Source: an uncultured Magnetococcales bacterium | GTDB taxonomy: Bacteria > Pseudomonadota > Alphaproteobacteria > UBA2136 > JAPKEQ01 | Length of the DNA stretch: 64,000 bases | Assembly: GCA_964015495.1 (NCBI GenBank) | Contig: CAXHDG010000012.1 | Span: 943-64,942, forward strand | Reading direction: 5' to 3' | Program-made: the position numbers and the translations under genes | Part shown: piece after piece, positions 48,983-58,663 of the stretch | How the letters are laid out: the number at the start of each line of letters is the position of its first letter | Numbering within the stretch: the stretch's first letter is position 1 | Notes under the pieces: generated by a model | Database searches by the model: none | What the model saw: only the letters and a program-made list of their open reading frames with translations | Told to the model about the DNA's origin: nothing

Positions 48983-51900
48983 TTAAGAAATTGCGACTTT
49001 TAATTTGGGGCCTTTAGGCTCTTCTTTATGGCCTTTAAAAGCTTCCATATTCTTTTCTAGTTTTTTAAGCGCACGCTCAACATTACGCTCCTTAACAGGG
49101 CCATACCCCTTAATACTTTCAGGGAAACTGAGAATATCAATCGCAGTATCATAATTTTCTGGCTTTACGTTTTTCATAACCTCTTCACACATATCAAAAT
49201 ATGTCTGAATGAGTTTACGTTCTGTTTTGCGTTCCAAACTATATCCAAACACGTCCCAAACAGTTCCCCGCAGACCTTTCATTTTTGAAAGAACCTTAAA
49301 TGCTGTAAAAATCCATGGGCCAAATTGGTATTTTTTCGGCTCGCCAGTCACTTTATTCTTACGCGCCAAAAGCGGCGGCGACAAATGAAACTTCATTTTA
49401 CGCCAATCAGCAAATTCACGCTTAGCGCTCTCTAAAAAGTTACCATCCGTATATAGACGCGCCACTTCGTACTCATCTTTATAAGCCATAAGCTTGTAAC
49501 CGTTTCTAGCGACAGCTTTTGTTAGCACTTCTTGATTATTAAAGGTACCAGCCTCAATATGACGCACGTTCGCCACAAGCGCTTCATACATGTTTGCGTA
49601 AGCTTTGTTCTGATAACTTACCAAATCATCTGAGCGGCGCTGAATAAGCCCGTCTAAACTCTCATCAACCACAGGCTTTTCATCTGCAATAAGGTGTAGA
49701 ACCTTGTCTGGATCATGCGCCATAAGGCGCCCCCAACTCAGTGCTGCAAGGTTGGCTTTTACAGCAACCCCGTTAAGCGCGATTGTTTTTTCTAATGATT
49801 CAAGCGTAAGCGGCACCCACCCTTTTTGCAGGGCATACCCAAGCATAAACATGTTAGTTGCAATGGCGTCGCCCATAAGTTTCGTTGCAATACGCGTTGC
49901 ATCCACTGTGCTCAAATTTTCCTTTTCAAAAGCGTACCGAACAGCATGCAGTGTTTCCGCCTCATGGAAGTTTACAGCCGTATCCATTACAAAACCTGCA
50001 TGGGGCACAAGAGCCGTATTAAGAACACCTTTAGTACGCGCGCTATCATAAAGCTTCATTACAGCCGGTGAAGCTGATACAACAAGGTCGCACCCCAGCA
50101 AAAGGTCTGCTTCAGCTTCATCAATACGCACAGTATCCATCTCTCGAGGCGAGCTTGCAATTTTCAAGTGAGAAGACACAGCGCCATTTTTCTGCGCAAG
50201 GCCTGTTTGGTCCAGAACAGTTGCGCCCTTACCTTCAATATGCGCAGCCATAGACATAATCGCACCAATCGTTACAACACCAGTGCCGCCAATACCTGTA
50301 ATAATCGTGCTATGCGCACCGTCTATTTTAGGCGTTTCTGGCTGCGGAATATCAGCAAACAAATGCCCCGCCTCTGCACCCGCTTTTGACTTTTTAATCA
50401 CCGCGCCATCAAGCGTAATAAAACTTGGACAGAACCCTTTTACACAACTGTAATCTTTGTTGCAGCTTGATTGGTTAATTTGACGCTTACGGCCATAATC
50501 TGTTTCTTTTGGCTCAACTGCAACGCAGTTAGATTTTGCAGAACAATCCCCGCAATCCTCACACACACGGTCATTAATAAACACGCGCGTATCAGGGTCT
50601 GGCAGCTCACCCTTTTTGCGGCGGCGACGCTTTTCTGCTGCGCAAGTTTGGTCATAAATAACAACCGTTGTTCCTTCAATCTCGCGCAGATTTTTTTGTA
50701 CAACTTCAAAAGCGTCTCTATGCTCAAACGTCGTACCAGCTGGGAACAATGATTTTTTATACCCTGCCGGCTTTTCACTCACAACAACAACTCGGGTTAC
50801 ATTTTCAGCAGCCACTTGACGCGCAATCATATCCACAGTAAGAGAACCCTCAACAGGCTGTCCGCCTGTCATGGCAACAGCATCATTATAAAGAATTTTG
50901 TAGGTAATATTTACCTTTGCAGCCACAGCCGCACGAATAGCCAGAAGCCCAGAATGCTCGTAAGTTCCATCACCAAGGTTAGAAAAAATATGATTCTCGT
51001 CCGTAAATGGCGCCTCACCAATCCACGTTACGCCCTCACCGCCCATTTGGGTAAAGCTCTCAGTTTTGCGGTCCATCCATAGCACCATAAAGTGACACCC
51101 AATACCAGCCACTGCACGGCTGCCTTCTGGCACTTTTGTAGATAAATTATGCGGACATCCAGCGCAGTAGTAAGGCAAGCGCGCAATTTTAGCGCTGTAA
51201 GTTTCATACTGCTTATGCTTAGCCTCAAGGTAGCGCAGGTGGTTTTTAATCTCTTTTCGTTCAGCCAGAACTGGAAGGTGCTTTACAATAACCTTTGCAA
51301 TTTGCGCAGGAGAAAGCTCCCCATATGACTGAAGCTGCGTTTCGCCTTGCGCGTCTGTTTTACCAGTAACTTTGCAAACCATGCCCGCTTCAAAAAGAAT
51401 TTCCTTTGCTTGGCGCTCAAGCAAAGAGCGTTTTTCTTCAACCACAAGAATTTCATCAAGGCCTTCTGCAAAGTCTTTAATACTTGTTTCTTCAAGCGGC
51501 CAAACAAGACCAACTTTATGAAGACGAATACCAAGTTTTTCGCACTCTTTTTCATCAAGACCAAGCGAGCGAAGCGCATGGAGCGTATCCCCATAAGATT
51601 TACCCGTTGTTAAGATACCAAACGTATCTTTTTTGCCCTTATAGACAGTTTTATCAAATTCATTTGCGCGGGCAAAGGCCTTCACAGCTTTAAGTTTTTC
51701 GTAAAGGCGACTTTCTTGCTTAAGACGATCATCTCCCAAGCGCGCATGCAGGTTTTCAGCAGGTGTATAACTTGGCGTTTTAATATCAAAACGATCCGGA
51801 CTCATATCAACAGTTGCACTGCTCTCTACAATTTCAGTCACGCACTTAAAGCCAACCCAAGCACCGCTAAAGCGGCTCATAGCAATGGCCTTTACGCCCC

Positions 51901-52456
51901 AATCCAAATATTCTTGAATACTTGCTGGATGCAGCACAGGAATATGTGCAGCTTCCATGCTTTGCTCGCTCTGATGCCCAAGCGTTGAAGATACACAACC
52001 GTGATCATCACCCATAAGTGCAAGCACGCCGCCATTTTCATCTGTTCCTGCAGCATTTGCATGACGCAGCACATCTACAGAGCGATCAACGCCAGGGCCT
52101 TTCCCGTACCACAGGCCAAATACGCCATCGTAGTTATTTTTACCCTGAAATTTTGTTTGCTGAGAGCCCCATACGGCAGTTGCGCCCAGGTCTTCATTAA
52201 TGCCAGGCGTAAATGTAATATGATGTTCTTTGAGATGTTCTTCAGCCTGCCAAAGCTGTTGATCGTAGCGGGCAAGCGGACTACCGCGATAACCAGAGAC
52301 AAACCCAGCAGTGTTGAGTCCGTTAGACACATCCCACTTACGGATTTCTAGAGGAAGACGAACCAAAGCTTGGGTACCTGTAATAAACACCTGACCCTCA
52401 TTTTGAGTATATTTATCGTCAAGTGTCACTTCGCTTTTAAGAGCGGTATTTGGCAT
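48983..52456 (-). CDS. Fused indolepyruvate:ferredoxin oxidoreductase family protein
   Basis: SGYRGSPL, WYGKGPG, YCAGCPH, GDGTYEHSG, CEDCGDC, GIGGTGV, AYKDEYEVARL. Confidence 0.93.
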   Translation of the reverse strand: MPNTALKSEVTLDDKYTQNEGQVFITGTQALVRLPLEIRKWDVSNGLNTAGFVSGYRGSPLARYDQQLWQAEEHLKEHHITFTPGINEDLGATAVWGSQQTKFQGKNNYDGVFGLWYGKGPGVDRSVDVLRHANAAGTDENGGVLALMGDDHGCVSSTLGHQSEQSMEAAHIPVLHPASIQEYLDWGVKAIAMSRFSGAWVGFKCVTEIVESSATVDMSPDRFDIKTPSYTPAENLHARLGDDRLKQESRLYEKLKAVKAFARANEFDKTVYKGKKDTFGILTTGKSYGDTLHALRSLGLDEKECEKLGIRLHKVGLVWPLEETSIKDFAEGLDEILVVEEKRSLLERQAKEILFEAGMVCKVTGKTDAQGETQLQSYGELSPAQIAKVIVKHLPVLAERKEIKNHLRYLEAKHKQYETYSAKIARLPYYCAGCPHNLSTKVPEGSRAVAGIGCHFMVLWMDRKTESFTQMGGEGVTWIGEAPFTDENHIFSNLGDGTYEHSGLLAIRAAVAAKVNITYKILYNDAVAMTGGQPVEGSLTVDMIARQVAAENVTRVVVVSEKPAGYKKSLFPAGTTFEHRDAFEVVQKNLREIEGTTVVIYDQTCAAEKRRRRKKGELPDPDTRVFINDRVCEDCGDCSAKSNCVAVEPKETDYGRKRQINQSSCNKDYSCVKGFCPSFITLDGAVIKKSKAGAEAGHLFADIPQPETPKIDGAHSTIITGIGGTGVVTIGAIMSMAAHIEGKGATVLDQTGLAQKNGAVSSHLKIASSPREMDTVRIDEAEADLLLGCDLVVSASPAVMKLYDSARTKGVLNTALVPHAGFVMDTAVNFHEAETLHAVRYAFEKENLSTVDATRIATKLMGDAIATNMFMLGYALQKGWVPLTLESLEKTIALNGVAVKANLAALSWGRLMAHDPDKVLHLIADEKPVVDESLDGLIQRRSDDLVSYQNKAYANMYEALVANVRHIEAGTFNNQEVLTKAVARNGYKLMAYKDEYEVARLYTDGNFLESAKREFADWRKMKFHLSPPLLARKNKVTGEPKKYQFGPWIFTAFKVLSKMKGLRGTVWDVFGYSLERKTERKLIQTYFDMCEEVMKNVKPENYDTAIDILSFPESIKGYGPVKERNVERALKKLEKNMEAFKGHKEEPKGPKLKVAIS

Positions 52457-52653
52457 ACCCTATTCACCTTGGCTTTTATTATGATTTATCGGGCGTTTAT
52501 AGCCCCCTCATTAATTACACATTATCCCTAAAGTTAGCAAGAAATTTCATTCTTGCAGGAGCTGAAAAACGATTGACAGAAAAATGCTTCAATGACAGTA
52601 TACACATGATATTTATATCTGTAGTTCCTTTCCAGTTCACCTTGGAGTTCTCC

Positions 52654-53010
52654 ATGAAAAAAATTCTTAAAATTACCTGCGCCGCCATTTTTATGGCAAC
52701 AGCAACCACTGCTGCTGCCAAGGAACGTAACACCGTCCCTCAACAAATTTGTGCCGCAACACATGCCACGCTTGACCAAATGCTTAGGCTAGAGGTTATT
52801 GATGAAATTTGGCACACCTACCTTATTGACGTTCTCTCGGATAGAGGGTTGGACTCATTTGCAAAATATTTTACACTCACTTCATCAGCAAATGTTTCTG
52901 TCCAGGAGGGGCAAATCAACATCGAGATGTATGCTGAAGACGACCATATGGTCCATATTACCATAGACCGTGCAAACTGCACCCTTGTGACAGTCACATC
53001 TCAAGAATAA
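52654..53010 (+). CDS. Exported hypothetical protein (118 aa)
   Basis: GGAG RBS, Sec signal MKKILKITCAAIFMATATTAAA, own terminator. Start trimmed. Confidence 0.7.
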   Translation: MKKILKITCAAIFMATATTAAAKERNTVPQQICAATHATLDQMLRLEVIDEIWHTYLIDVLSDRGLDSFAKYFTLTSSANVSVQEGQINIEMYAEDDHMVHITIDRANCTLVTVTSQE

Positions 53011-53017
53011 TCGACAT

Positions 53018-53044
53018 AAAAAGGAGGCCTACGGCCTCCTTTTT
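53018..53044. terminator. Bidirectional terminator
   Basis: AAAAAGGAGGCC-TAC-GGCCTCCTTTTT. Confidence 0.88.
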
Positions 53045-53055
53045 CAAATTCTTAG

Positions 53056-53132
53056 TGGTGGGCGAAGAGGGACTTGAACCCCCGACCAAAGCATTATGAG
53101 TGCTCTGCTCTAACCAACTGAGCTATTCGCCC
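53056..53132 (-). tRNA. tRNA with CAU anticodon; probably Ile2 (lysidine), possibly elongator Met
   Basis: GGGCGAATAGCTCAGTTGGTTAGAGCA-GAGCA-CTCATAA-TGCTT-TGGTC-GGGGGTTCAAGTCCCTC-TTCGCCCACCA. No fMet features; G3-C70 and C4-G69 favour Ile2. Confidence 0.92.
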
Positions 53133-53178
53133 ACTAGGGCAATTTATATCACCTCTACCGCCCCCATACAAGATGAAT

Positions 53179-53874
53179 TTAAGCTGAAAGTTGCCAGTTG
53201 ACTGGCGTTTTCCCATGAGACTCAAGATAAGCATTCGCTTTAGAAAAGTGCCCGCACCCAAAAAACCCAGTTCTGGCAGAAAATGGAGACGGGTGTGGCG
53301 ATTTAAGAACCAGGTGTTTTGACTCATCAATAACTGCGCCTTTTTTTTGCGCGTACGCACCCCACAAGATAAACACAAGCCCTTCCCGCTGGTCAGAAAG
53401 CTCTTTAATCACACCATCAGTAAATTCTTCCCACCCTCGCCCCTTATGGCTTGCTGGTTTTGAATTTTCAACAGTGAGCACGCTATTCAAAAGCAGCACA
53501 CCCTGCTCTGCCCATTCCTCAAGACAGCCATGGACCGGCGCCCTAAATCCAACATCATCAGAAAGTTCTTTGTACATATTTTTAAGAGATGGTGGTGGGG
53601 TAATTCCCTTTTTTACAGAAAAACTTAGGCCATGCGCCTGCCCTTCACCATGATAAGGGTCCTGTCCTAAAACAACAATTTTCACATCATCAAATTTTGT
53701 TTTGTTTAATGCATTAAACCAAAGAGAGGCTGGCGGAAACACTTGTTTTTGTTTCACCTCCTGTGAAAGGAAGGCACAAAGCTCATTCATACTCTCACTA
53801 GAAAGCAAAGTTGCAAGGCGTACTGTCCAGCAGGCTGGAAGCTTGGTATTTTTCAGGAAGTTGCTCTGTGTCAT
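53179..53874 (-). CDS. ung: Uracil-DNA glycosylase
   Basis: [33 protein letters not shown]. Confidence 0.98.
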   Translation of the reverse strand: MTQSNFLKNTKLPACWTVRLATLLSSESMNELCAFLSQEVKQKQVFPPASLWFNALNKTKFDDVKIVVLGQDPYHGEGQAHGLSFSVKKGITPPPSLKNMYKELSDDVGFRAPVHGCLEEWAEQGVLLLNSVLTVENSKPASHKGRGWEEFTDGVIKELSDQREGLVFILWGAYAQKKGAVIDESKHLVLKSPHPSPFSARTGFFGCGHFSKANAYLESHGKTPVNWQLSA

Positions 53875-53993
53875 AGCGCAAGTATACCTTAGAGATTCAC
53901 AATATAAAAGAAGAAGCTAACCTCTTGCAAAACGGATAGTTTCGGTGTAATCTCCCTCCTTCGTTTGACAGTATAGAAAAGGAGAAACGACCA

Positions 53994-54479
53994 GTGGATC
54001 GCTTGCCAATGACAAACCATGGCTACGACAAGCTCTCAGCAGAGCTAGAAAACCTTATTAAGGTTGAACGCCCAGCTATCACAAAAGCAATTGAAGAAGC
54101 ACGCGAGCACGGCGACCTTTCTGAGAACGCAGAATACCAGTACGCAAAAGAGAAGCAAGGCTTCATTGAAGGGCGTATTGCAGAGCTTCAGGATAAAACA
54201 GCACGCGCTGATGTTATTGACCCAACAAAACTTACTGGCTCTCGCGCTGTATTTGGTGCAACCATTAAGCTTATAAACGATGACACAGATGAAGAAGTCA
54301 CCTACACACTTGTTGGCCAAGATGAAGCAAACATTGATAAAGGTCTTATCTCAACAAGCTCTCCTGTTGGACGTGCCATGATTGGCAAAGAAGAAGGCGA
54401 TGAAGTTGTTGTGAAAACACCAAACGGCACACATACTTACGAAGTTATTGAAGTCCTCTTTATACCTATTACAGACTAA
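53994..54479 (+). CDS. greA: Transcription elongation factor GreA
   Basis: AREHGDLSENAEY, SPVGRAMIGK; GTG start with AGGAG RBS. Confidence 0.97.
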   Translation: MDRLPMTNHGYDKLSAELENLIKVERPAITKAIEEAREHGDLSENAEYQYAKEKQGFIEGRIAELQDKTARADVIDPTKLTGSRAVFGATIKLINDDTDEEVTYTLVGQDEANIDKGLISTSSPVGRAMIGKEEGDEVVVKTPNGTHTYEVIEVLFIPITD

Positions 54480-54492
54480 GTTTACGTTTAAT

Positions 54493-54520
54493 AAAAATGC
54501 GCCCTCTGGGCGCATTTTTT
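54493..54520. terminator. Bidirectional terminator between greA and tsaC
   Basis: AAAAATGCGCCC-TCT-GGGCGCATTTTTT. Confidence 0.85.
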
Positions 54521-54523
54521 ATT

Positions 54524-55135
54524 TTATCGAATCCAAGCATTCTTTTCAGGATCATAAATTTTAGAAGGCTTACCCCTAAGAGAGCGGGACATCTCAAGCG
54601 CCACAGGCCCATGAGGAATATCCTCAGCATCGCGCACAGGCTCCTCTCCTGTTTCATTCAAACTTGAAGAGACAAGCCCTTTCGTCCAAACTCGCAAGTA
54701 CTCTCTCATATAAACAGGTCTCGGCATACGAATCGCTACAGTATTGCGGCTTCCTGTAATCAAATCTGGTAACTCATTTTTAGCAGGCAGTACAAGAGTA
54801 TAAGGACCAGGCCAATATTTTTTCATGGCATCACGGTGTGCCTGAGAAAGCTCGCTTTTTTCAACAAATCGGTAAAGCTGCTTTGTGCTACCAACAAGAA
54901 TAATCATGCCCTTATCTACAGGACGGTTTTTAATACCTATAAGCTTTCTAAGAGCACTTTCATTAAAGGGATCGCAGCAATATCCGTACACACTTTCAGC
55001 AGGTGCAACAACCACCTCGCCTTTTCTAAGCTCTTGCGCCCAAAAAGATAAGCGGTCTTGACGCCAAAAACTACCGCTTTTCTCTAAAGAAGGCTTGAAG
55101 AATTTTTGAACAAGATTCTTCCATAAGTCCACCAT
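54524..55135 (-). CDS. tsaC: Threonylcarbamoyl-AMP synthase (TsaC/YrdC); start uncertain
   Basis: PAESVYG, KNRPVDKG, WPGPYT, VAIRMP, SSSLN. Confidence 0.85.
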   Translation of the reverse strand: MVDLWKNLVQKFFKPSLEKSGSFWRQDRLSFWAQELRKGEVVVAPAESVYGYCCDPFNESALRKLIGIKNRPVDKGMIILVGSTKQLYRFVEKSELSQAHRDAMKKYWPGPYTLVLPAKNELPDLITGSRNTVAIRMPRPVYMREYLRVWTKGLVSSSLNETGEEPVRDAEDIPHGPVALEMSRSLRGKPSKIYDPEKNAWIR

Positions 55136-55517
55136 AGACATCAGGCTTGTGATGACAGGTTTTATGGTCGTAAATACGCGCGCCATTTTGTACGCCTCCA
55201 CTTTTTACATCATAAGCTCCAAAGCGAAGCTCAGCAATTTTTGCGTGAGAAATGGCCTGTGCGCACATCGCACAAGGCTCAAGTGTCACAGCCATCATGA
55301 GCCCATCCAGACGCGCAGATTTTTGATGCTGAGCTGCTTTTCTAAGCGCAACAATTTCTGCATGTGCGGTTGGGTCATTGGAACTTATAACAAAATTATA
55401 TCCTTCGCCAACAATTTCACCTGATTTGTTATAAATAACAGCACCCACTGGTACTTCGCCAGCTTCAAACGCTATTTCAGCAAGCTCCAAAGCGCGCGCC
55501 ATCATGCTTTCATGCAT
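55071..55517 (-). CDS. tadA: tRNA adenosine(34) deaminase
   Basis: GEVPVGA, DPTAHAE, TLEPCAMC, LQAFFREKR. Confidence 0.93.
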   Translation of the reverse strand: MHESMMARALELAEIAFEAGEVPVGAVIYNKSGEIVGEGYNFVISSNDPTAHAEIVALRKAAQHQKSARLDGLMMAVTLEPCAMCAQAISHAKIAELRFGAYDVKSGGVQNGARIYDHKTCHHKPDVYGGLMEESCSKILQAFFREKR

Positions 55518-56493
55518 GGGATAGCGCTCTCTCACGCTTCACAGAAATCACCGGCTTTGAAAAGAAATAAGTTTCTTCTGTAAGATATGCAGGCTTTTTC
55601 ACGTTAGGTGCCATAAGAATATGACCATCAAACGGTGCTACAACAGGGGATCCATCACCTTCAGCTAAAACTTGACCTGCTTTCATAGCAGCGAAATTCT
55701 TATAAATCTCTATTTGCTCATAGCTTGCATCTGGGAAAAAACAGCTTTCAGTAACTTTGTAAACTTGAAGCTCTTCATCAGAAGATAATTCATAAACATT
55801 TTTTACAAGCCCATAAGATTGAATAAGACTCAAAAAACATTCGGCTGCGCACTTAAAGGCTGAAAGATCTTCATGCTGACCGCACTCAATCATATACATA
55901 TCAGCGCTAGATTTATGACCATAAAGCTTTGTTAAAAAATTACTTTTCACGGCCCTTTCCATGCCTTCAAGATAATGAGAAAGAGGCAGAGCAGACACAT
56001 AAGCAAGAGGCAACGTATCATTGGCAATTACCATAGCTGGGGCATCTTGCGATGTTGTGTGGAAATCCACAGCCACATCAAACTCTTTCCAAACCTTACG
56101 CAGCTCTTGAATACGTTTAAATTCATATTCCTCATAAACCTCGCCTTCAAGGTTAAACTCTTCTGGCACACGGTTCATGTTTGTATCTAAAAAGCGGTAC
56201 TTAAACTCAGCTGGGTCATTCTCTGGCAGCCAGTACTTTTTAGAAGCCTCAATATTATTAAGCGTAAAGATGATTCGCCCTTTAAAGGCCGTACCTTTTG
56301 ATATGAGCTGCTGAAACACACCAAGCGCCGCAAGGCCGCAAGGCTCATTTCCATGGGTATGAACTGTCACACCAAAGGTTAGCCCCGCAGTTCCAGAGTC
56401 ATACATATACACACCCTGAACGCCCTGATAAGATTGTTCAGAGAGCCATTTAAACGTGGCTTTCAAATCACTTTTTTCTGGTGTAAAATTCAC
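55510..56493 (-). CDS. Succinylglutamate desuccinylase/aspartoacylase (M14) family
   Basis: THGNEPCG, NMNR, DFHTT, IECGQH. Confidence 0.85.
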   Translation of the reverse strand: MNFTPEKSDLKATFKWLSEQSYQGVQGVYMYDSGTAGLTFGVTVHTHGNEPCGLAALGVFQQLISKGTAFKGRIIFTLNNIEASKKYWLPENDPAEFKYRFLDTNMNRVPEEFNLEGEVYEEYEFKRIQELRKVWKEFDVAVDFHTTSQDAPAMVIANDTLPLAYVSALPLSHYLEGMERAVKSNFLTKLYGHKSSADMYMIECGQHEDLSAFKCAAECFLSLIQSYGLVKNVYELSSDEELQVYKVTESCFFPDASYEQIEIYKNFAAMKAGQVLAEGDGSPVVAPFDGHILMAPNVKKPAYLTEETYFFSKPVISVKRERALSHA

Positions 56494-56610
56494 TCAAAGT
56501 TCCCAAAATCATTTGCTTCTAAGCTAGTAATGTCAGACTTTCACTGTCCTATGTCAACCTTTGTATGCTATATATTTTATACAAGTAAGCAAGAAAGTAT
56601 ATGTATCACC

Positions 56611-57348
56611 ATGAAATCTAAACCTATTATTGGCATTCCACTAGATTTTGAAGAACAAGGAAGCTTCTCAAAACGCCCCCATTATGCATTAAGGCACCAC
56701 TACTTTGACGCCATCAAGGCGTGCAATGCCCTCCCTGTCGGACTTCCCTTAGATACAGAAAGCATTGAAGATCATCTTCATCTTTGTGACGGATTTCTCC
56801 TACCTGGGGGCACATATAAATTTTCTGACGACTGGTACCAAAACGCAGCCCAAACACACACCAAACATACACCAAACCCACGCATAAAGTATGACCAAAC
56901 TCTCACCTTAGAGCTCCACAAAAGAAAAATACCAACTCTAGGTATCTGTGCTGGTATGCAAGTTATGGCTGGCATTTTGGGCGGTAAGTTTTACAGAGAT
57001 GTTTCCTTAGAGCTTCCAACCAAGTTTGATCACCTCAATGCAAAAGATGCAGAAGAAGAAGCGCACAGTATCGAAATTTTTAAAGGCGGCCTTCTTCACA
57101 CACTTCTTAATACTCATAAAATGAATGTGAATACAGCACACAGAGAAGCCCTTGTAGAATGCCCTAAAGGTGCAGAGCTTTGCGCCTCATCTCCTGATGC
57201 TGTTATTGAAGCCATTGCATGGGAAGACCACCCCTTTGGCCTTGGCTTGCAATGGCATCCAGAATTCTTTTTAGAAGATAAAAACAATCCACACATGCAA
57301 ATTATTAAAGCGTTTATTCACGCTGCTAAAGAGGCACAACATGCTTAA
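56611..57348 (+). CDS. Gamma-glutamyl-gamma-aminobutyrate hydrolase family (peptidase C26)
   Basis: KPIIG, DGFLLPGG, LGICAGMQ, VNTAH, QWHPE. Start trimmed. Confidence 0.88.
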   Translation: MKSKPIIGIPLDFEEQGSFSKRPHYALRHHYFDAIKACNALPVGLPLDTESIEDHLHLCDGFLLPGGTYKFSDDWYQNAAQTHTKHTPNPRIKYDQTLTLELHKRKIPTLGICAGMQVMAGILGGKFYRDVSLELPTKFDHLNAKDAEEEAHSIEIFKGGLLHTLLNTHKMNVNTAHREALVECPKGAELCASSPDAVIEAIAWEDHPFGLGLQWHPEFFLEDKNNPHMQIIKAFIHAAKEAQHA

Positions 57349-57868
57349 AATTACATCTGGTATCTATAAAGGAAAACAGCTAGAAACAGCAGATGACTTA
57401 AGCGTTCGGCCAACAAAAAGCAGAACCAGAATGGCCATGCTCAACAGCGTAGAAAGCCGCCTACACTGGCAAAATATGAAAGTTGCTGACCTATGCTGCG
57501 GTAGTGGTGCTTTTGGCATTGAAGCCCTTTCACGGGGCGCGGGCCATAGCACATTTATTGACATTAACACCACTCACATTAAAAACAATGTCAGTAAATT
57601 CGGTATAAAAACAGCCCAAAGCGCCATTATTCAACAAAGCGCATCTACATTTATCAATGGCCCTTTTGATGTGATTTTTGCAGACCCACCTTACGGTGAA
57701 AACCTGCTCGATAAAATTTTAAATAACAGCGCTAGCTTGGGTGAAAAAGGCACTTTATGGGCACTAGAAGAATCCAGCACATACGACCTTAAAATTCCTG
57801 AAAGCTTTACCCTTCACAAACACAAAAAATTTGGTAAGAGCGCTTTTTGGCTTTTGGAGCAACTTTAG
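57341..57868 (+). CDS. rsmD: 16S rRNA m2G966 methyltransferase
   Basis: ITSGIYKG, RPT, DLCCGSGAFGIEALSRGA, DPPY. Confidence 0.92.
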   Translation: MLKITSGIYKGKQLETADDLSVRPTKSRTRMAMLNSVESRLHWQNMKVADLCCGSGAFGIEALSRGAGHSTFIDINTTHIKNNVSKFGIKTAQSAIIQQSASTFINGPFDVIFADPPYGENLLDKILNNSASLGEKGTLWALEESSTYDLKIPESFTLHKHKKFGKSAFWLLEQL

Positions 57869-57890
57869 AAGAGTTTAGAATAGGTTTGGG

Positions 57891-58595
57891 TTAGCTTTTA
57901 AATAGCCTCTTCAAAAACCCTTCAAGCCATGCATGTGTATCTGGTAAAAATTCTCGGCTTTGCTTGAGCATTGTTTCCCATTCCACCGCCTGTGCAGTTG
58001 CCCAGCGGCCTGATAAAATATCCTCCCTGTACCAACGCTCAACAGAAGCTTCTATAGCTTCTGGGTGAAACTGAACCCCATAAACATGATCTGCATATTT
58101 GGCAGCCTGCTCTGGGTATTTTGAGCCCCCCATAAGATGCATAACACCTTCAGGGCGTGAATAAACATCCTCATGCCAAAGCGCAACATGCTTGCCGCAA
58201 AGTTCGTCGCCAAAAATAGCATCATGATGGTTCATTTTTAATTCTGAAAAACCTGCGGAAGGATGCTTATCACCACGCTGAACTTTTCCGCCATACACAT
58301 AAGAAAGCATTTGAGCACCAAGGCAAATGCCAAGGGTTGGCATGCCATTATCTGCTGCCTGCTTTACCCACTTCGCTTCTTCTTTCAGCCAAGGCAAAGA
58401 ATCAATATCACGAATAGAACATGCGCCGCCCATGATGATTTGCCCATCATAATGAGATGGGGAATCAGGAAGAGCGTCTCCGCCCCGCGTATGCACAACT
58501 GTTACATCAAAACCAAGGTGCGGCAGGAGGGTTTCAAAAATGGCGAGCCGTGGTATATCACCATGGCAAAACACCAATATATTTTTACGTTTCAT
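57891..58595 (-). CDS. Class I glutamine amidotransferase-like protein
   Basis: IIMGG, LGICLGAQ, WHED, VQFHPE. Confidence 0.88.
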   Translation of the reverse strand: MKRKNILVFCHGDIPRLAIFETLLPHLGFDVTVVHTRGGDALPDSPSHYDGQIIMGGACSIRDIDSLPWLKEEAKWVKQAADNGMPTLGICLGAQMLSYVYGGKVQRGDKHPSAGFSELKMNHHDAIFGDELCGKHVALWHEDVYSRPEGVMHLMGGSKYPEQAAKYADHVYGVQFHPEAIEASVERWYREDILSGRWATAQAVEWETMLKQSREFLPDTHAWLEGFLKRLFKS

Positions 58596-58663
58596 AAGCG
58601 TCCTATTCTTTGAAGATGGTCAATGATATTACACAAGTTACAAACTTTGCCAAGGGGAGAGTT

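Noticed and set aside
53056-53132. Initiator tRNA-fMet, or an integrated element at this tRNA
   Set aside because: G1-C72 is paired and the anticodon stem lacks three consecutive G-C pairs; no integrase or duplicated 3' end.
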